A stretch of DNA of 64,000 nucleotides from a virus, in IMG/VR virus record IMGVR_UViG_3300027977_000031, positions 1 to 64,000 of that record; one strand, 5' to 3'. The notes beneath the pieces were generated by a model. It ran no database searches. It worked only from the letters and a program-made list of their open reading frames with translations, and was not told where the DNA came from. The translations under genes were made by a program, and so were the position numbers. Of this stretch, positions 17,740 through 26,640 are shown piece by piece; the stretch's first letter is position 1, and each line of letters begins with the position of its first letter.

Positions 17740-17811
17740 GTTGTTATAAGCTAATGGTAAGCTAACTCCCTGTTAAGGAGTCGACTGCGGGTTCAACTCC
17801 CGCTAACGATT
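17740..17811 (+). tRNA. tRNA-Asn(GTT) (no encoded CCA)
   Basis: Acceptor gttgtta/taacgat; D-arm agct-aatggta-agct; anticodon arm actcc-ctGTTaa-ggagt; T-arm gcgggttcaactcccgc. Confidence 0.65.
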
Positions 17812-18232
17812 AAAATGCAAAGACTGACTCGGTCGTATGTGAAAAGCATCTAATACTTGAGCCGCAAGGTAATCAAGTCAGACGTAACTCGCAAGGTGAA
17901 ATCTGTTTATGCAGGAAGTTTCGTAACAGTTTAGCGACTGTGAATGGCTCTAAAGGTCAACGGGATAGAAAGCGTAGAATAGCATACGATGTCAAGACTA
18001 ATGCCTGTCTTTAAACGGCGATGTTGGTAACAGACTAGATTACATAGCAATATGGATTTAGTGGAAGTCAGAAGAAGGTAGACTCGCAAGGTTTACTATA
18101 ATGTCTGAGGTGTTACTCGGTAAGGATGTATTCTCAGTCCTCCACTATTCTAAAGCACATTTTGATGCCTATAAGGTTATAAGGTTGATCGCTTATAATA
18201 CGGTGTGTGATGAGTGTGTTTCAGAATAGCCT

Positions 18233-18257
18233 GCCTGGTTAGCTCAGGGGTAGAGAG
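18233..18257 (+). pseudogene. orphan tRNA 5' fragment (acceptor plus D-arm) complementary to the 3' acceptor strand of the tRNA at 18888
   Basis: gcctggt-ta-gctcaggggtagaga; rc of gcctggt matches accaggt at 18953-18959. Confidence 0.4.
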
Positions 18258-18300
18258 TATTTTTGTTCAATCATGCTAAATAGTTGAGCAAGGAAATATT

Positions 18301-18822
18301 ATGTATAAATGCCACTGTGGGAAAGAATTTGAAAATCATCGTGCTAGAAATGCTCATCAAATAGCACACAAAGATAAACCTAGTCGCTACTCAATGAGTA
18401 GGAAAAAAAATCAAAGACTGTATGAGTGTGGGTATTGTAATGCAGAGTTTGAGCACAGTAATAGCACTGAAAATAAGTTTTGTTCAGTTGAATGTTCTGG
18501 AAAATATCAATGGGAGTTTGTCTCAATTCCTAAAATTGAACAAGGACTTGGTGGAAACTATAAGCGATATCTTAAAGAAAAATGCGGAGATAGTTGTGTT
18601 GAATGTGGGCAAGAAAATACCTGGAATAGCAAGCCGCTTGTATTACAATTAGATCACATAGATGGTAACAGCGATAATAATCAATTGAGTAATTTAAGAT
18701 TATTGTGTCCTAATTGTCATACACAAACAGAAACATTTGGCAATGCCGGACAAGGAAGTAGATATAAAAAGAATACGAAAAGAAATTCGTATTTGAGAGA
18801 GTACAAGGCCTCGGTAGTTTAA
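18301..18822 (+). CDS. HNH homing endonuclease
   Basis: DHIDGNSDNNQLSNLRLLCPNCH motif; multiple CxxC; AT-rich insertion. Confidence 0.7.
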   Translation: MYKCHCGKEFENHRARNAHQIAHKDKPSRYSMSRKKNQRLYECGYCNAEFEHSNSTENKFCSVECSGKYQWEFVSIPKIEQGLGGNYKRYLKEKCGDSCVECGQENTWNSKPLVLQLDHIDGNSDNNQLSNLRLLCPNCHTQTETFGNAGQGSRYKKNTKRNSYLREYKASVV

Positions 18823-18881
18823 TGGTAGAACGCCATCCTTACACGGTGGATACGGGAGTTCGATTCTCCAACGAGGTACCA
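18808..18881 (+). tRNA. tRNA-Val(TAC)
   Basis: Anticodon arm ccatc-ctTACac-ggtgg; overlaps the 3' end of the HNH ORF. Confidence 0.7.
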
Positions 18882-18887
18882 AATATT

Positions 18888-18963
18888 GCCAAGATAGCTC
18901 AGTAGGTAGAGCACCGGATTGAAAATCCGGGTGTGGGCGGTTCGATCCCGTCACCAGGTACCA
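18888..18963 (+). tRNA. tRNA-Phe(GAA) with defective 5' acceptor strand (3 mismatches)
   Basis: Anticodon arm ccgga-ttGAAaa-tccgg; T-arm ggcggttcgatcccgtc; 5' gccaaga does not pair with 3' accaggt. Confidence 0.5.
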
Positions 18964-18966
18964 AAT

Positions 18967-19371
18967 AACATGACCAAAGTAATAGTAAACGGAACATTTG
19001 ATATATTGCATCGTGGACATCTAATGATGTTACAACACGCAAAAAGTCTCGGCGATCATCTGTTAGTGGCAATTGATACAGATCGAAGAGTAAAAGAACT
19101 TAAAGGTGAAAATCGGCCTATTAATAATCAAGATGATAGACGATATATGTTAGAAAGTTTAAAATGTGTTAACACTGTTTACTTCTTTGATAGCAAAGAA
19201 CAACTGATAGATATAATGAAAGAATATAAACCAGACATCATGGTCAAAGGCAGTGACTGGCAAGGTAAGAGCGTAGTGGCACAAGAACATGTTAATCAAG
19301 TGATATTTTATGATAGAGTCGGTGAATACTCAACAACAAAAACAATTCAAGATATTGCTAATAGGCGATAA
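18967..19371 (+). CDS. nucleotidyltransferase (cytidylyl/adenylyltransferase, RfaE domain II / HldE C-terminal-like)
   Basis: NGTFDILHRGH (HxGH) motif. Confidence 0.7.
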   Translation, partial: NMTKVIVNGTFDILHRGHLMMLQHAKSLGDHLLVAIDTDRRVKELKGENRPINNQDDRRYMLESLKCVNTVYFFDSKEQLIDIMKEYKPDIMVKGSDWQGKSVVAQEHVNQVIFYDRVGEYSTTKTIQDIANRR

Positions 19372-20071
19372 CTGTACTGATGTGTACCAATATGGTACTA
19401 TTGATAGGTTAAGTCCCGAAGCACCTGTTCCTGTATTTGTTCCTACTCGTACAGAAGAACGTGCTGGCATGGCTGGTAATGTAGCTAACAACTTAAAAGC
19501 ACTGGGTTGCTATGTTGACTACTTGCACGGTGAAACAAGTGTTAAAACTAGACTTATCGACGAGCGTAGTAAACAACAGATTGTTCGTATAGATAGAGAC
19601 GTTCAGTCAACTCCCATTACATTTGATACAGATATCCCCGACATGTACGATGCTATTGTAATCAGTGATTATAATAAAGGAACTGTTAGTTACGAACTAA
19701 TTGAAGAACTTATTGCATTGAGTATTCCTATCTTTATCGATACTAAGAAATCTGACCTTGAGAGATTCCAAGGCGCATGGGTCAAGATCAACGAATTAGA
19801 ACATAGCAAAATTAAAAGTGAATGTTCAGGTCTAATCGTCACACGAGGCAGTCGAGGTGCTAGTGCAATACATCATAGTATAGATGTATCTTCGCACAGT
19901 GTAGAAGTAGTAGATGTAACTGGAGCAGGTGATACCTTTCTAGCAGCGTTAACTTATCAGTACCTTGACACTGGAGACATTGAAAAAGCAATTAAATTTG
20001 CCAACCTGGCGAGTGCGGTTACTGTGCAGCATTCAGGGGTTTATGCTCCAACATTAAAGGAAATAGGATGA
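19310..20071 (+). CDS. PfkB-family carbohydrate kinase (RfaE domain I / heptose-7-P kinase-like)
   Basis: VTGAGDTF ribokinase-family signature. Confidence 0.65.
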   Translation: MIESVNTQQQKQFKILLIGDNCTDVYQYGTIDRLSPEAPVPVFVPTRTEERAGMAGNVANNLKALGCYVDYLHGETSVKTRLIDERSKQQIVRIDRDVQSTPITFDTDIPDMYDAIVISDYNKGTVSYELIEELIALSIPIFIDTKKSDLERFQGAWVKINELEHSKIKSECSGLIVTRGSRGASAIHHSIDVSSHSVEVVDVTGAGDTFLAALTYQYLDTGDIEKAIKFANLASAVTVQHSGVYAPTLKEIG

Positions 20072-20427
20072 CACAATTACAAGGTTATGTAGCAAAGGGA
20101 TGGGGCCACGAACTAATTTGGGCCACTAACGACCTATACTGTGGCAAACTTATGAAGTTTAACAAAGGTGCCAAGTTCAGCATGCATTTTCATGCTATCA
20201 AAGACGAAACATGGTATGTGTTGGACGGATTGTTCACTGTGATCAGTATTGACACTACAAATGCTGATCAAACAACCACAACACTTAAACCAGGCGACAC
20301 TTGGCGCAACAAACCGTTAGCGCCTCATCAGTTGATATGCATCGAAGAAGGCACAGTTATTGAAGTCAGCACAGCAGACAGTGTGGAAGACAACTATCGT
20401 GTGGGCAAAGGCGACAATCAAAAATGA
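20068..20427 (+). CDS. cupin-fold protein (sugar isomerase/epimerase-like)
   Basis: Size and HxH...E-like beta-barrel pattern; sits in the sugar operon; overlapping stops. Confidence 0.3.
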   Translation: MTQLQGYVAKGWGHELIWATNDLYCGKLMKFNKGAKFSMHFHAIKDETWYVLDGLFTVISIDTTNADQTTTTLKPGDTWRNKPLAPHQLICIEEGTVIEVSTADSVEDNYRVGKGDNQK

Positions 20428-21215
20428 ACATACTGTTAACCGGCTATAAAGGTTTTATTGGTAGTCATGTGCTGACAGCACTGGAGGCTGCTGGACACTG
20501 TGTATCAACATACGACTGGGGAGACAGTTTGCCCAGCGTGATGGAACAAGATTGGGTGATTCACCTTGGTGCTATCAGCAGCACTACCGAAAGAGACATA
20601 GACAAAGTAATGCGACAAAATTTTGATTTTAGTCGACAACTATACGATGCTTGTAAAACATATGGCGTTAATTTCCAATACGCAAGCAGTGCAAGTGTTT
20701 ACGGGTTAACCAGTACATTTAGAGAAGACGCTCCGGTTGACCCACGTACTCCTTATGCGTGGAGCAAATACTTGTTTGAACGTTATGTACGCGATCATCC
20801 AAGTGGGAGTGTTGTACAAGGTTTCCGTTATTTTAATGTGTACGGACCTGAAGGCGAAGAACACAAAGGCAATCAAGCTAGTCCGTTTATGCAATTTAAA
20901 CGCCAAGCTGAAACAAACGGCTGTATACAAGTTTTCGAAGGCAGTGAATATTATCTAAGAGACTTTGTTCATGTGTCTAAACTAGTCGACACACACTTGG
21001 ATTTCTTGTATAATACACCTAGTGGCCTATGGAACTTGGGTACTGGAAAGACCATGAGTTTTATGGATGTGGCAAAAAGTTTTAACGTACCTGTTGAAAC
21101 AATCCCCATGCCCGACAATTTAAAAGACTCATATCAAAAGTACACCTGTGCTGATATGAGCAAGTTTAACGCAACGGTGGCAGAGAGGTCCAATGCACGG
21201 GATTGCAAATCCTGA
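20424..21215 (+). CDS. NAD-dependent epimerase/dehydratase (HldD/RfaD-like); the 3' end runs 45 nt into tRNA-Cys
   Basis: Rossmann GYKGFIGS (GxxGxxG); the ORF only terminates inside the tRNA at 21171. Confidence 0.6.
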   Translation: MNILLTGYKGFIGSHVLTALEAAGHCVSTYDWGDSLPSVMEQDWVIHLGAISSTTERDIDKVMRQNFDFSRQLYDACKTYGVNFQYASSASVYGLTSTFREDAPVDPRTPYAWSKYLFERYVRDHPSGSVVQGFRYFNVYGPEGEEHKGNQASPFMQFKRQAETNGCIQVFEGSEYYLRDFVHVSKLVDTHLDFLYNTPSGLWNLGTGKTMSFMDVAKSFNVPVETIPMPDNLKDSYQKYTCADMSKFNATVAERSNARDCKS

Positions 21216-21248
21216 AAACCGGGGGTTCAAATCCCTCCCGTTGCTCCA
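21171..21248 (+). tRNA. tRNA-Cys(GCA)
   Basis: Acceptor gcaacgg/ccgttgc; anticodon arm cggga-ttGCAaa-tcctg; T-arm gggggttcaaatccctc. Confidence 0.85.
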
Positions 21249-21255
21249 GTTAATA

Positions 21256-21330
21256 CTCGGTGAGGTGTTGATGGCGACACACGTGGTTTGGGACCATGAA
21301 TGGCAGATTCGAGCTCTGCCACCGAGACCA
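21256..21330 (+). tRNA. tRNA-Pro(TGG)
   Basis: Acceptor ctcggtg/caccgag; anticodon arm cgtgg-ttTGGga-ccatg. Confidence 0.7.
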
Positions 21331-21336
21331 AACAAT

Positions 21337-21420
21337 GCGACTGTGGCGTAATTGGTAGCCGCAAGGGACTTAAAATCCCTCGAGTTTCTCGTACCGGTTC
21401 GAGTCCGGTCAGTCGCACCA
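21337..21420 (+). tRNA. tRNA-Leu(TAA), class II
   Basis: Acceptor gcgactg/cagtcgc; anticodon arm aggga-ctTAAaa-tccct. Confidence 0.85.
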
Positions 21421-21434
21421 TTTTGTTTCGAGCG

Positions 21435-21463
21435 TACGGGTTCGAATCCCGTCTCTCGTACCA
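21435..21463 (+). pseudogene. tRNA 3' fragment (T-arm plus acceptor 3' strand plus CCA) with no 5' half
   Basis: acgggttcgaatcccgt-ctctcgt-a-cca only 15 nt after the previous tRNA. Confidence 0.35.
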
Positions 21464-21526
21464 ATATCAAAGTAAATTTACAGAGGATACCAAAGTAAAT
21501 TTATCTGGCGTTCATTCATTAAATTT

Positions 21527-21601
21527 GCGGCTATAGTATAACGGATAATACAGCGGTCTTCTACACCGTGAATGTGGGTTCGATTCCTGCTAGCCGCACC
21601 A
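21527..21601 (+). tRNA. tRNA-Arg(TCT)
   Basis: Acceptor gcggcta/tagccgc; anticodon arm gcggt-ctTCTac-accgt. Confidence 0.85.
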
Positions 21602-21607
21602 GACAAT

Positions 21608-21699
21608 GCCAGCGAGACTGGGTAGTCAGAGAGGTCTTATAAGTCTTTTAGCGCCAGATTAGCGTTCTTGAGAGAGTTCGAGTCTCTCCGCTGGTACCA
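21608..21699 (+). tRNA. class II tRNA (long variable arm), anticodon unresolved (best fold gives TAT)
   Basis: Acceptor gccagcg/cgctggt; T-arm gagagttcgagtctctc; 92 nt; anticodon stem has multiple wobbles. Confidence 0.45.
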
Positions 21700-21706
21700 A
21701 AAATAT

Positions 21707-21783
21707 GCATCGTTAGTTCCAATTGGCAGAACGTTGGTCTCCAAAACCAAATGTTGTACGTTCGAATCGTACACGGTGCGCCA
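21707..21783 (+). tRNA. tRNA-Trp(CCA)
   Basis: Anticodon arm ttggt-ctCCAaa-accaa; D-arm gttc..gaac. Confidence 0.85.
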
Positions 21784-21800
21784 ATCAAAGAAAGTGAATC

Positions 21801-22283
21801 ATGAAAAAAATGGACATGACCGAGGTCAAAGAATTTATCACTGCTCAAAGTCCAGAAACTGCGGTCTATCTGGGTTGCGACAGCGAACGAGTAAAGGTCA
21901 ATGGCGTATGGTACGCAGACTATGCTCTGGCAGTGGTTGTACACATTGATAGCTGCCATGGTTGCAAAATCTTTGGTGAAGTACAACGTGAACGTGACTG
22001 GGATCAACGCAGCGACAAACCTGCCATGCGACTCATGAACGAAGTATACAAAGTTTCCGAACTGTTCCAAAAGATGAGTGATGTACTTGAAGACCGTCTT
22101 GTGGAAGTACACTTGGACATCAATCCAGATCAGATGCACAAAAGTTCTGTGGTGGTAAACCAAGCAATTGGTTACATCAAAGGCACTTGCAATGTGATTC
22201 CAATGGTCAAGCCCCGGGCCTTTGCTGCTAGCTATGCAGCAGATAGGATGGATTGGGTGTTGAGCAATCGTCGAGCAGCTTAA
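21801..22283 (+). CDS. hypothetical protein
   Basis: ORF with RBS right after the tRNA cluster. Confidence 0.45.
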   Translation: MKKMDMTEVKEFITAQSPETAVYLGCDSERVKVNGVWYADYALAVVVHIDSCHGCKIFGEVQRERDWDQRSDKPAMRLMNEVYKVSELFQKMSDVLEDRLVEVHLDINPDQMHKSSVVVNQAIGYIKGTCNVIPMVKPRAFAASYAADRMDWVLSNRRAA

Positions 22284-22292
22284 CCAAAACAG

Positions 22293-22321
22293 TTGATTTA
22301 CATCGCTGTTTTGTATATAAT
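22293..22321 (+). promoter_or_regulatory. sigma70-like promoter (TTGATT, 17-nt spacer, TATAAT)
   Basis: Near-consensus hexamers; about 270-nt ORF-free leader before the gene at 22589. Confidence 0.4.
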
Positions 22322-22588
22322 TGTTTTTGTCAACGCGAGTTGACTGGCAAGAACCAAGTAGATTAGCACAGACAAACGTTGGCTTCATGCCAACACCAGC
22401 CTGAACAGCTGAACAAAATTGGCCTCCAAGGAAACTTGGATCGTGCTTGTGTGAACCGGACTTATTATAGACATTTGCACTTTGATAACCGGACATACGC
22501 AGGCCACTGTGGTTTGTACTTTGCATGTTGCATATTGCACCTTGCTTAGTCTGTGACTTGACTTGGGTCTTGCCGCCCTTATTGTTTA

Positions 22589-23173
22589 ATGAAAGAAATT
22601 ATGAAAATCAATCTACGCAAAGCTAACGCATTGCAACTGTCTATCCAGGATGCAATCAAAAGTATTAAATTTGACACTGAAGTCAAAATCAACGAATTCC
22701 AAGTTGCCGAAGATGTAATCGCCAACTATCGTCAGGATTTTGCTATCAAGCAAGACCGCCATCGTGGGCTGCTAAACAGTCTGTATGATATCCGTAAGGC
22801 TGTGAGCCAGGCTAACAGTGCCCAGGGTGTTGATATCAAATTGGCTGATGTGGCCCTGCTGGACAAAAAGATTCAGTATCTTGCCGAATTGGCTGGTAAA
22901 AGTACACGTGATAGCATGGAGGTTGTTGCCGGTAAGATAGAAAAAATTCGTAATCGCAAGGAAGACGCTCGTAGTTTGTATTACGGACATGATGTCACTG
23001 TGGATACTTCTATCTTCACAGCGGAAGACATTGCTGGATTCCGTACAGCAGTGAGTATGGGCAAGAAAGCCAAACAAAAATTGCAAGATGAATTGTTGGA
23101 AATCAACGTTCGCACTGAAATCGAACTCAGTGCAGATGTGGTCACTGTGTTGACTGCGGAAGGTCTGTTGTAG
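22589..23173 (+). CDS. hypothetical protein
   Basis: ORF. Confidence 0.45.
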   Translation: MKEIMKINLRKANALQLSIQDAIKSIKFDTEVKINEFQVAEDVIANYRQDFAIKQDRHRGLLNSLYDIRKAVSQANSAQGVDIKLADVALLDKKIQYLAELAGKSTRDSMEVVAGKIEKIRNRKEDARSLYYGHDVTVDTSIFTAEDIAGFRTAVSMGKKAKQKLQDELLEINVRTEIELSADVVTVLTAEGLL

Positions 23174-23444
23174 GACCAAGCCTGTAAAGGATGTTCATTG
23201 CCCGAGTTCTCAATCTATTAGAGAATTCAGCTTCGGACAGCACACCCTTTGCTAGATTACACTTACGACAAGTCACTTGTAGATTGTCGTAAGTGGTTGC
23301 TCCACCTCGAGATTCAGGTATAACATGATCCATATGGATCTCAGCATCTGTGAGATCTTCATCACAGTACACACAATACACGCCATCGCGTTCAATGATC
23401 CTGCGTCGTAGATTTAATGGTATATGTTGTTTTGTTCGTAGCAC
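23142..23444 (-). CDS. HNH endonuclease (small)
   Basis: HMDHVIPESRGG...NLQVTCRKCN motif. Confidence 0.65.
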   Translation of the reverse strand: MLRTKQHIPLNLRRRIIERDGVYCVYCDEDLTDAEIHMDHVIPESRGGATTYDNLQVTCRKCNLAKGVLSEAEFSNRLRTRAMNILYRLGPTTDLPQSTQ

Positions 23445-23504
23445 AAGAATATTTATTAGTTGGTACTAAATCAATTTAAATATATAATAGAGCTAATATT
23501 TAAA

Positions 23505-24197
23505 ATGAAATTGATTTTTTGTTTCCCAGGGCAATCATTCAGTAAAAATTGGATGGCCGCATGGAATGACACTATTCGTTGGCTTTATAAAAACAATATA
23601 GAATACATAACCATAAATGCATATTCGCCGGTAATTTACAACTGTCGAAACATGTTGTTGGGTGCCACTGGCAATCCTCCCAGGACTTTCCAGCCATTCA
23701 ACGGCACAATAGATTACGATTGGATCATCTGGATCGACAACGATAATATCTGGACACCTGCTGATCTTGCACAATTGATCAGCAACCCCGAACACAAGAT
23801 TGTCACTGGACTTTATATACAGCATGACAATAAAACTTATGCACAGGCTGTGATTCATGGTGATAGCAAAACCAACCTGTTGTGGTTACCACGAGAGCTA
23901 GTACAAATCAACGGAAGTAGATTCCAAGTGGCCGCAACAGGTATGGGTTTTATGGCTGTGCAAAAAGGTGTATTTGAATCCATGGAATGCCCATTCTTCC
24001 GACCCGTCGAATACAAAGTTGATGATGATACAACTGCATTTTTATCAGAGGATACAGGGTTCTGTCACAGAGCTATAAATGCAGGATATAATGTATGGGC
24101 AGATCCACAGATTCAGGTCCAACATGAGAAGGCATGGTTGTTGTCCGGCAACAGTGAACACGGGGTTCGACCTGAGAATATTGTGTTAAATAGATAA
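23505..24197 (+). CDS. hypothetical protein, possible glycosyltransferase
   Basis: DxD-like IWIDNDN; ATGA overlap with the downstream radical SAM gene. Confidence 0.3.
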   Translation: MKLIFCFPGQSFSKNWMAAWNDTIRWLYKNNIEYITINAYSPVIYNCRNMLLGATGNPPRTFQPFNGTIDYDWIIWIDNDNIWTPADLAQLISNPEHKIVTGLYIQHDNKTYAQAVIHGDSKTNLLWLPRELVQINGSRFQVAATGMGFMAVQKGVFESMECPFFRPVEYKVDDDTTAFLSEDTGFCHRAINAGYNVWADPQIQVQHEKAWLLSGNSEHGVRPENIVLNR

Positions 24198-25240
24198 TGC
24201 AACCACCCAAATTCTTGTTCTTAGATATCAACCTACAATGCAATCTCAAATGCAAGACCTGCATGTATTGGACCAGAGAAGAAGTTGTATTACCCACACA
24301 CATATCTATAGAACAACGCAGTGATATCATCACGGAATTCAGTTCCTTAAATCCGTATGGTGCCGTGGTAATCTGTGGCGGCGAAGCCTTGATGAATCCC
24401 GAAAGATATTGGCCTATAACCACTCAATGTCGTGAGTTAGGATTAAAATGTTTGAGTGTGATGAATGGCACCATGGTCACAGATCTGGCGTTTGCCAAGA
24501 AATTGATCACACAAGGTCCTAGTGAAATAACAATTTCGCTAAACAGTTACATTCCAGAAGTACATGATTCAACTCGCGGAGTCACAGGATCATTTGATAT
24601 GGCAGTGAATGCTATTCGGTTGTTGTTGCAGGCAAGAAAAGAATTAAACAGCAACACCCCCATCTATGCCATGTCGGTCATGTGCGAACAGAACTATCGA
24701 GACCTGGATCAGTTTTACCACTTTGTGTTGAATGATCTCGGAGCAGATAAGTTAAAATTGAATTGGTTGCAGCCAACATTTGGCACATTGTTAGACAAGA
24801 ATGGCGATCCAAGACCAGACAAATTTTACGACAACAATGTGATCCGCGATCATGAAGCATTGTTTGAGATCATGAATCATTGTTCAGAAAAATATCAGTT
24901 GAATCTAGATCCTGAATATATAGAAACTGTACGTCGATATCATCGCAGTGTGTTTAAAAATGCAGATGCTGTGACAGGATGGGACGGACACGGTACTGAA
25001 GATGCCATATGCAATAGTTTTGATCGCAACATCATGGTCAACATGGATGGTATTGCCCGTTTGTGTTTTTCTGATCAGTTTCCCAGTTTCAAGATTAGCA
25101 GTCCTGGTGATCTCACACGATTATGGAACAGTGCCGAACCAATAAGAAATCTCATGAGACCTTGTAGACAATATTGCGGAATCAGTCACAGTGTGAGAAG
25201 AGTCAATGCTGTGAAGAAGATTGACATCAATTTGGTTTGA
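24197..25240 (+). CDS. radical SAM enzyme
   Basis: CNLKCKTC = CxxxCxxC near the N-terminus; CGGEA glycine-rich motif. Confidence 0.65.
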   Translation: MQPPKFLFLDINLQCNLKCKTCMYWTREEVVLPTHISIEQRSDIITEFSSLNPYGAVVICGGEALMNPERYWPITTQCRELGLKCLSVMNGTMVTDLAFAKKLITQGPSEITISLNSYIPEVHDSTRGVTGSFDMAVNAIRLLLQARKELNSNTPIYAMSVMCEQNYRDLDQFYHFVLNDLGADKLKLNWLQPTFGTLLDKNGDPRPDKFYDNNVIRDHEALFEIMNHCSEKYQLNLDPEYIETVRRYHRSVFKNADAVTGWDGHGTEDAICNSFDRNIMVNMDGIARLCFSDQFPSFKISSPGDLTRLWNSAEPIRNLMRPCRQYCGISHSVRRVNAVKKIDINLV

Positions 25241-25259
25241 ATATATAATAACAACATAA

Positions 25260-25334
25260 GCGGGCATGGTGCTAGTGGTAACACATAACTTTGCCAAAGT
25301 TAAATTGCGGGTTCGATTCCCGCTGTCCGCTCCA
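25260..25334 (+). tRNA. tRNA-Gly(GCC)
   Basis: Acceptor gcgggca/tgtccgc; anticodon arm taact-ttGCCaa-agtta; T-arm gcgggttcgattcccgc. Confidence 0.85.
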
Positions 25335-25475
25335 GAGCAGAAGATAGATTACGTTATTGGTATGAGTTACAAGGTACCGCGGTAAATCCTTGAGCAAGCA
25401 ATGGTACAAACACAACGTAATAGGCAGTAGTGATCTACTCATCGGGACCGGCCTCAAAACGAATCCCACCAATTT

Positions 25476-25567
25476 GGAGAGTAATGCAGCGGGGATGGTC
25501 CTGCGACTGGCCTTGAAAACCAGGTTCTCAGAAATGGGATGGGGTTCGACTCCTCTGCTCTCCGCCA
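25476..25567 (+). tRNA. tRNA-Ser(TGA), class II
   Basis: Acceptor ggagagt/gctctcc; anticodon loop ctTGAaa; 92 nt. Confidence 0.6.
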
Positions 25568-25663
25568 GATAACACGGCCCTGCCCTCTGTGTAACTGCCA
25601 CTCCCAGAAGTTGTTATATACGGCAGGGTTCTTCTTCAGGGCCGAGCGTTCAACGGATAGATT

Positions 25664-25741
25664 GCGACTGTATGCCGCTTGGCTTCGAACCAAGAGAAAG
25701 CTAAAGGATTCATGCAGGTTCGAGTCCTGCCAGTCGCTCCA
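25664..25741 (+). pseudogene. aberrant tRNA-like gene (same acceptor as Leu-TAA; perfect hairpin cttgg-cttcgaa-ccaag in place of a D-arm)
   Basis: Acceptor gcgactg/cagtcgc; T-arm gcaggttcgagtcctgc; CCA encoded; internal arms non-canonical. Confidence 0.35.
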
Positions 25742-26640
25742 TAAAATTTCATGTTTGATTCATGATATACCGCAGTGGAAAATCTCTACCGTACATTTTC
25801 CATAGTGTTGAATAGTATTCGTAGGACCTGTCATGAGAATATAACATTCTTTGTACGTTCATTGTGGTTGGAAATCCAGGATATTCTAACAATAGTGGAA
25901 TATTGTAAACTGTATCACATAATCCATTGAATAATGTATTTTCAATAGTTGCATAATAAAACATTGTGGAGCCGTCATTATAGGGTATTCTAAAATCATA
26001 ATTTAAAGCATCTATCCAATGTCGATCTAATATTTTTTTAATGTATTCACGTTTGAACAGTCCGGCACCACCAAAATCGTCCCATTCTTTTTTTCGTAGT
26101 TGCAGTGATGGTATTTCAAATTTGATAGCATTGTTAATCAATCCAACATGCCAATTATTAATACGTACTAAGTGTACAGCTTCCCAATCAGTGGGCAAGT
26201 TATCTACAAACTCTTGCCAGGTAAAACTCCAATGGTCAATAGATTCAAAACTCATGTCGTCATCACAAAATATCACATGTTCTTCATTGGTTGTATCATA
26301 CCAATTTTTCATTGCAGTCAAATAACTAATAATCGTACCTGGATGGCTGAATCCTTGAAATGTTTCAGCATCCTCTTTGACAACTTCTGGCCACAAAATA
26401 TTAACTTTATGTTGAAATGTAGTATATCTGTGATTCAAACATGGCATGTAACGTATACTATATCTAGTCAATTGAGCATTCATAAACTCCATTCGATCTA
26501 TGTTCTCGTATAGTGTGATATAATTCACTGTGGGAAAGTTTGTTAGTTTGGCCATAGTGTATATATATTTTACTGACACATGGAAAGGTAAAAACAGAGG
26601 AAACGGAAGAGCAGCAAGAGGTCTTCCACTAAATTAATTT

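Noticed and set aside
17250-18230. A group I intron containing the HNH gene and interrupting a tRNA
   Set aside because: The HNH ORF is followed directly by an intact tRNA-Val with no room for an intron core or 3' exon, and I cannot identify a P7/P3 core confidently by eye. It is kept only as a finding to test with Infernal.
21648-22526. 292-aa minus-strand ORF antisense to the tRNA cluster and the gene at 21801
   Set aside because: It is antisense to a better-supported + strand gene and to tRNAs, and has no RBS.
25568-25663. Long imperfect inverted repeat (ggccctgcc ... ggcagggttcttcttcagggcc) between tRNA-Ser and the aberrant tRNA
   Set aside because: It could be a processing hairpin or a terminator, but there is no T-run and no clear function, so I did not call it.
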